A DNA stretch of 60,083 bases from the IMG/VR virus record IMGVR_UViG_3300030109_004892, positions 1 to 60,083 of that record; one strand, given 5' to 3'. Under the pieces are notes generated by a model that was given only the letters and a program-made list of their open reading frames with translations, searched no databases and had not been told where the DNA came from. Positions 56,202 through 60,083 of this stretch are shown piece after piece. Position numbers and translations under genes: made by a program. How positions within the stretch are numbered: the first letter of the stretch is position 1; each line of letters begins with the position of its first letter. Source of the stretch: a virus (Duplodnaviria; Caudoviricetes).

Positions 56202-56765
56202 ATGGCTAGAACTACTTTTCAAGGACCAGTAAGATCCCTTAATGGGTTCTTAGGAACAGGTCCTGATATGGCTCAATCAATAAGTGCAGGAACCACAGAC
56301 GGTGGAACTGATATTGCGGGCATAGATAAATATCAAGGCAAGGTTGTACAAATCGGAAACGCCGTTACTGTATTTAACTTACCTTCAATCATAGACACAG
56401 CAAGTTCTGAAACTGCAGGACCAGGAACTGATCCTAACTCTACAAATAGAGTTGGAATGATCTATGAGTTTTTAATGACTGCAAGTTTAACTTCAAGTAA
56501 CACTTTTACTTTAAATGCAGGAACTGCAGCAGGTAGAGATACAGCAGATGTGTTTAGAGGTATGGCGATCTACAACAACACAGCAACTGATCCAGGAGCC
56601 GTGACTGCTTTTAGCGCAGGTGGAACTGACACTTTAACTTTAACTGCTACTACTAAAGGTGGACTAGAAGGAGCTCACATTAGATGTAGAGCTGTTGATG
56701 GTTTAATTTGGTTAGTCGAAGCACAATTAATCGGAAACGGTACATTTGCTAATCCTTGGAGTTAA
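56202..56765 (+). CDS. Minor capsid/head fibre-like protein
   Basis: MARTTFQGPVRS.NGF N-terminus; AAGGAG RBS. Confidence 0.7.
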   Translation: MARTTFQGPVRSLNGFLGTGPDMAQSISAGTTDGGTDIAGIDKYQGKVVQIGNAVTVFNLPSIIDTASSETAGPGTDPNSTNRVGMIYEFLMTASLTSSNTFTLNAGTAAGRDTADVFRGMAIYNNTATDPGAVTAFSAGGTDTLTLTATTKGGLEGAHIRCRAVDGLIWLVEAQLIGNGTFANPWS

Positions 56766-56767
56766 TA

Positions 56768-57082
56768 ATGTTTGCTTTAAAAACTAAACAATTAACTTCT
56801 AGTGGACAAGTAACTACTAAAGTAAGTGCAGGAAGTAATACACTTAGTGCTCCTGCTCGGGTGTTAGGATTAACTGTTCAATGTGGTGGAACTGAAGGCA
56901 GAATTGATTTGGTAGATGATGGTGCAAGTGGCACTGTTAAATTTACTCAAGTTACTCCTGCTATTGGTTCTGGAGAAGATGAGATTCTTCAAATTGATTT
57001 TCCTGAAATGGGATTAAAATTTGATACCGATCTTTATGTTTTCTTTAACCAAGCTACTAAAGTTAATGTAATTTATGGCTAA
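56768..57082 (+). CDS. Small virion structural protein
   Basis: ARV.G...P..G.KF...YV...V..YG pattern; ATG after TAATA. Confidence 0.65.
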   Translation: MFALKTKQLTSSGQVTTKVSAGSNTLSAPARVLGLTVQCGGTEGRIDLVDDGASGTVKFTQVTPAIGSGEDEILQIDFPEMGLKFDTDLYVFFNQATKVNVIYG

Positions 57083-57353
57083 GGATAAACAACCACCAAA
57101 AACAAAAAAATATTTCCGCTCCACAAAGTCTGGGGCGGGAATGACTAAAGCTGGGACTGCACGTTACAGACGTGAGAACCCTGGTTCTAAATTAAAAACA
57201 GCCGTAACAGGCAAAGTTAAAAAAGGATCTAAAGCTGCTAAAAGAAGAAAATCATATTGTGCTAGAAGTGCAGGTCAAATGAAACAGTTTCCTAAAGCTG
57301 CAAAAAATCCTAACTCAAGATTACGTCAAGCAAGAAAAAGATGGAAATGTTAA
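57075..57353 (+). CDS. DUF6321-like basic protein
   Basis: GMT.AG...YR..NPGS.LK...RRKSYCARS...NSRL......WKC. Confidence 0.75.
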   Translation: MAKDKQPPKTKKYFRSTKSGAGMTKAGTARYRRENPGSKLKTAVTGKVKKGSKAAKRRKSYCARSAGQMKQFPKAAKNPNSRLRQARKRWKC

Positions 57354-57917
57354 ATGAGAATTCTTTTTTTTGTATTATGTTTTATTTTAGTTGCTAGTGC
57401 AATTACGAGCGCTAATGGAGCAGATACGAACACGGTGTCTTCGACCGTTGTAACGGACAAGGCACCACCAACTGCAAACTCACCAAGTGTTGTTGTAAAC
57501 AATTCTGATGTGTGTAAGACAGCGGCAGCAGGTGCGGTGCAAACCCAGATTCTAGGTATTAGCAGCGGAATTACTATTACGGACGAAAATTGTGAACGTA
57601 TAAAATTAAGTCGCTCACTTTACTCGATGGGCATGAAGGTGGCCGCAGTGTCAACACTTTGTGCTGATCCTCGTGTGTGGGATGCAATGTATATGGCAGG
57701 TACATATTGTCCGTACATGGGAGCTATAGGGGAAGAAGCTAAAGAAGGGTGGGAAAAAAATCCTGCTTTAGTACCTGAAGGATCTCAAGTATTTAAACAA
57801 ATAGAAATTAAACAAAAAGAACAACAAACAACTGGACTAACGGATGGGCAAAAACTTCTTAAATTTATTGTATTGGGTATGGCTATGCATTCTGGTATCG
57901 TGGCATTCGCCCCTTAG
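57354..57917 (+). CDS. Exported Cys-containing protein with C-terminal TM
   Basis: Signal peptide; PPTA.SP...C...DENCERIKL...GMKVAAV..LC.D...AGT.CP. Confidence 0.75.
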   Translation: MRILFFVLCFILVASAITSANGADTNTVSSTVVTDKAPPTANSPSVVVNNSDVCKTAAAGAVQTQILGISSGITITDENCERIKLSRSLYSMGMKVAAVSTLCADPRVWDAMYMAGTYCPYMGAIGEEAKEGWEKNPALVPEGSQVFKQIEIKQKEQQTTGLTDGQKLLKFIVLGMAMHSGIVAFAP

Positions 57918-59541
57918 AGCAGAATGTCCTGTTACTGCAACAGGATTATGTACGCCAGGAGTCGAAGAAACCATTGTTATAGATGAAGTAGAAACCATTG
58001 AATATGAAGCTGACGGATATACAGTTACAACAGAAACTACTACTACAACCACAACAATAACTACAACTAATGAAGATTCAGGAGATATTCTTGATGGAGA
58101 TGCTGGTTATGTTTCATCTAAATTTGAGGGGGACATGGATACAGACTGGGGAGGTCAAGGTCCTGCATCAATGCCTTCTGGCAATAGTTGTTATAATTTA
58201 GGTGCCGATAAATGTGCACAAATAACTGGTAGTGGCAATAGCACATCGACACAAGGTGTACCGGGCATGGGCACGACATTTATACAAACAATTGATATAT
58301 CAGATCTTGATATACAAAATGGAGGAAGAACTAATTATTCAATAAAAGTAGATAAGCAAGATTCACAGGATAGAATCTATATGCACATTACAGGTAAGGA
58401 TGGAAATACATCAGTCTTTAGTGGAACAGATATATTATCAGAATCAGGTGTTAATAGTGGTTATCAAACTTATGAAAGTGGTTTTGATTTTGCAGGAGGA
58501 ATTACAACATTAACCATAGAAATTGGAGGTAGAGATATTAATCTAGCAATCGGACCCTTGTTCGATGATGTTACAATTAATGTGCTCTATAACGTTGTCA
58601 GTCAAATAGTTACAGAACATATACTTAGTGTTGAAATGTGGGTAGCATATGGTGGTAGCACAGAAGCAGAAGTTATAGATATTGTAGAAAATATTTTTGA
58701 ACATAATGATGTTGTAGATGCACCAGGCGATGATCTATATTTTGAACCAGAGTTTGATGAGCCTGACATGAATATGTCATATGACACAGTTGAAATGGAA
58801 ATGGAGATGGACTTTGATTTCGAAATGGACTTTGAAATGCCTGTTATGGAAGTGGATATACCTGAAATGGAAATGGCAAATATTGAAATGGAAATGGAGT
58901 TTGAAATGGAGATGGAACTAGAGATGCCTGATTTAGAACTACCAGATCCTGAAATGAATATGGAAATGCCAGAACCTGAAATGGATATGGAAATGCCAGA
59001 ACCTAATATGGAACCAGAAACAGAATCTATGAACGAACCAGATATGGAAGAACCAGAATCTAAACCAGAAATAGAGGAGGTAAAAGATGAACCTATTGAA
59101 GAACCTACTGAAGAATCTAAAGAAAATGTGGCTGAAAAGCCAGAGGCTGAAGAAAGCGCACCAGAGGCTGATGCAGATGAAGATCAACCAGAAGATATGG
59201 AAGAACCAGAAGATAAAGGTGAAACCGAAGAAAAACCTGTAAAAAAAGAAGAACAAAAAGAAAAAGCTGCTAAAAAGATCGTGAAGAAGATGGGCGATAA
59301 AGGTAGATATGATTCAACAAATCAGTTAAAAACACTAATAGTCATGCAAGTTTTAGGTGATACAAAAACTTTTTTTGACTCACAAAAACAATTAAATGAT
59401 CGGGAAGGATTTTTTACAGACATGATAATACCTGACACACAAATACCTAATAATAATATAGGACAGTATTTATTATTTGCTGGAAGTGAAGGACTCATGA
59501 ATGAAATAATTGATAGTCAATGGCAGACGGATTTGGAGTAG
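57844..59541 (+). CDS. Large exported acidic protein with Met/Glu-rich low-complexity linker
   Basis: Signal-like N-terminus; beta-rich domain; EMEMEM/PEPEM repeats. Confidence 0.75.
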   Translation: MGKNFLNLLYWVWLCILVSWHSPLRAECPVTATGLCTPGVEETIVIDEVETIEYEADGYTVTTETTTTTTTITTTNEDSGDILDGDAGYVSSKFEGDMDTDWGGQGPASMPSGNSCYNLGADKCAQITGSGNSTSTQGVPGMGTTFIQTIDISDLDIQNGGRTNYSIKVDKQDSQDRIYMHITGKDGNTSVFSGTDILSESGVNSGYQTYESGFDFAGGITTLTIEIGGRDINLAIGPLFDDVTINVLYNVVSQIVTEHILSVEMWVAYGGSTEAEVIDIVENIFEHNDVVDAPGDDLYFEPEFDEPDMNMSYDTVEMEMEMDFDFEMDFEMPVMEVDIPEMEMANIEMEMEFEMEMELEMPDLELPDPEMNMEMPEPEMDMEMPEPNMEPETESMNEPDMEEPESKPEIEEVKDEPIEEPTEESKENVAEKPEAEESAPEADADEDQPEDMEEPEDKGETEEKPVKKEEQKEKAAKKIVKKMGDKGRYDSTNQLKTLIVMQVLGDTKTFFDSQKQLNDREGFFTDMIIPDTQIPNNNIGQYLLFAGSEGLMNEIIDSQWQTDLE

Positions 59542-59543
59542 CA

Positions 59544-60083
59544 ATGGCAGAGTTTGAATTTGCTGGAATGAAATTTAAAGGTGGCAAAATATTTGTTATA
59601 CTTACAGCATTAACTACACTTGGTGGAGGATTATGGGGTGGCTTTGAATTTTACAAAGACTACCTTAACATGAAAGAACAGATACAAAATTATGTTGCAC
59701 CTGATCTTTCAGAGTTTGATAAAAACATTGCACTTACAAAAGAAGAAATGAAAAGTAAGACAGATCTATTACAAACAGAAATAGAAATGTTAATGGGTGA
59801 AATGGAAATGATGATGCAAGAAATAAGATTAGTATCTGATGTAGCTAATGAATTAAAAAATGATTTAAGACAAGATGTGCGTAGAGTTGAATCAATTGTT
59901 AATGATGTTGAACAACAAATAAAAGAAGATTCAAGAGATAATGCTAAAGATTTAAAATCTACAATTGATACTTTAGAAGATGACATGAAAAAGTTAGAGG
60001 AAAAAATAAAACTAGCACAAAAAGAGTTAGAAGAAAAAATGGATAAAAGGATTAAAAGAGCATTAGAAAATCCTTTGGGAGGG
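59544..60083 (+). CDS. TM + long coiled-coil protein (runs off the end; continues as 1-70)
   Basis: GGAG RBS; MAEFEFAGMKFKGGKIFVILTALTTLGGGLWGGFEFY...; open for 180 codons to the last base. Confidence 0.8.
   Translation, partial: MAEFEFAGMKFKGGKIFVILTALTTLGGGLWGGFEFYKDYLNMKEQIQNYVAPDLSEFDKNIALTKEEMKSKTDLLQTEIEMLMGEMEMMMQEIRLVSDVANELKNDLRQDVRRVESIVNDVEQQIKEDSRDNAKDLKSTIDTLEDDMKKLEEKIKLAQKELEEKMDKRIKRALENPLGG

Noticed and set aside
1-60083. Alternative genetic code, introns/inteins, or prophage att sites
   Set aside because: Genes are intact and densely packed in code 11; polymerase, terminase and helicases are normal length; no integrase or host genes

Overview
Near-complete, circularly permuted genome of an AT-rich tailed dsDNA phage. 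Gene content and order resemble marine HTVC023P-type pelagiphages/alphaproteobacterial podoviruses; this is inference, no database was searched. Modules: (i) neck and tail genes (2-8.9 kb, +); (ii) a mostly minus-strand block (8.9-18.7 kb) mixing nine 2OG-Fe(II) oxygenases and a glycosyltransferase with tail genes; (iii) internal virion/ejection proteins (18.9-28 kb, +); (iv) a replication module (Leu762 family A polymerase, UvrD helicase, AEP primase, SSB, SNF2 helicase, adenine MTase, EndoVII; 28-38 kb); (v) a region of small early-type genes with sigma70 promoters, repeated operators, heptamer arrays and an iteron/IHF element, lying around and between TerS and TerL (38-45 kb); (vi) TerL, portal, lysis, GroES, scaffold and capsid genes, then a membrane-protein module (45-60 kb) that wraps to the start. 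No tRNA, rRNA, CRISPR array, integrase or transposase was recognised. Best leads: a multiply pseudoknotted RNA after the capsid gene; a shared Phi-x-x-G-G peptide tag across six virion-region proteins; the oxygenase/glycosyltransferase battery; metallothionein-, ArfA- and RNR-tail-like microproteins; a frameshifted scaffold gene; and synonymously recoded contig ends.
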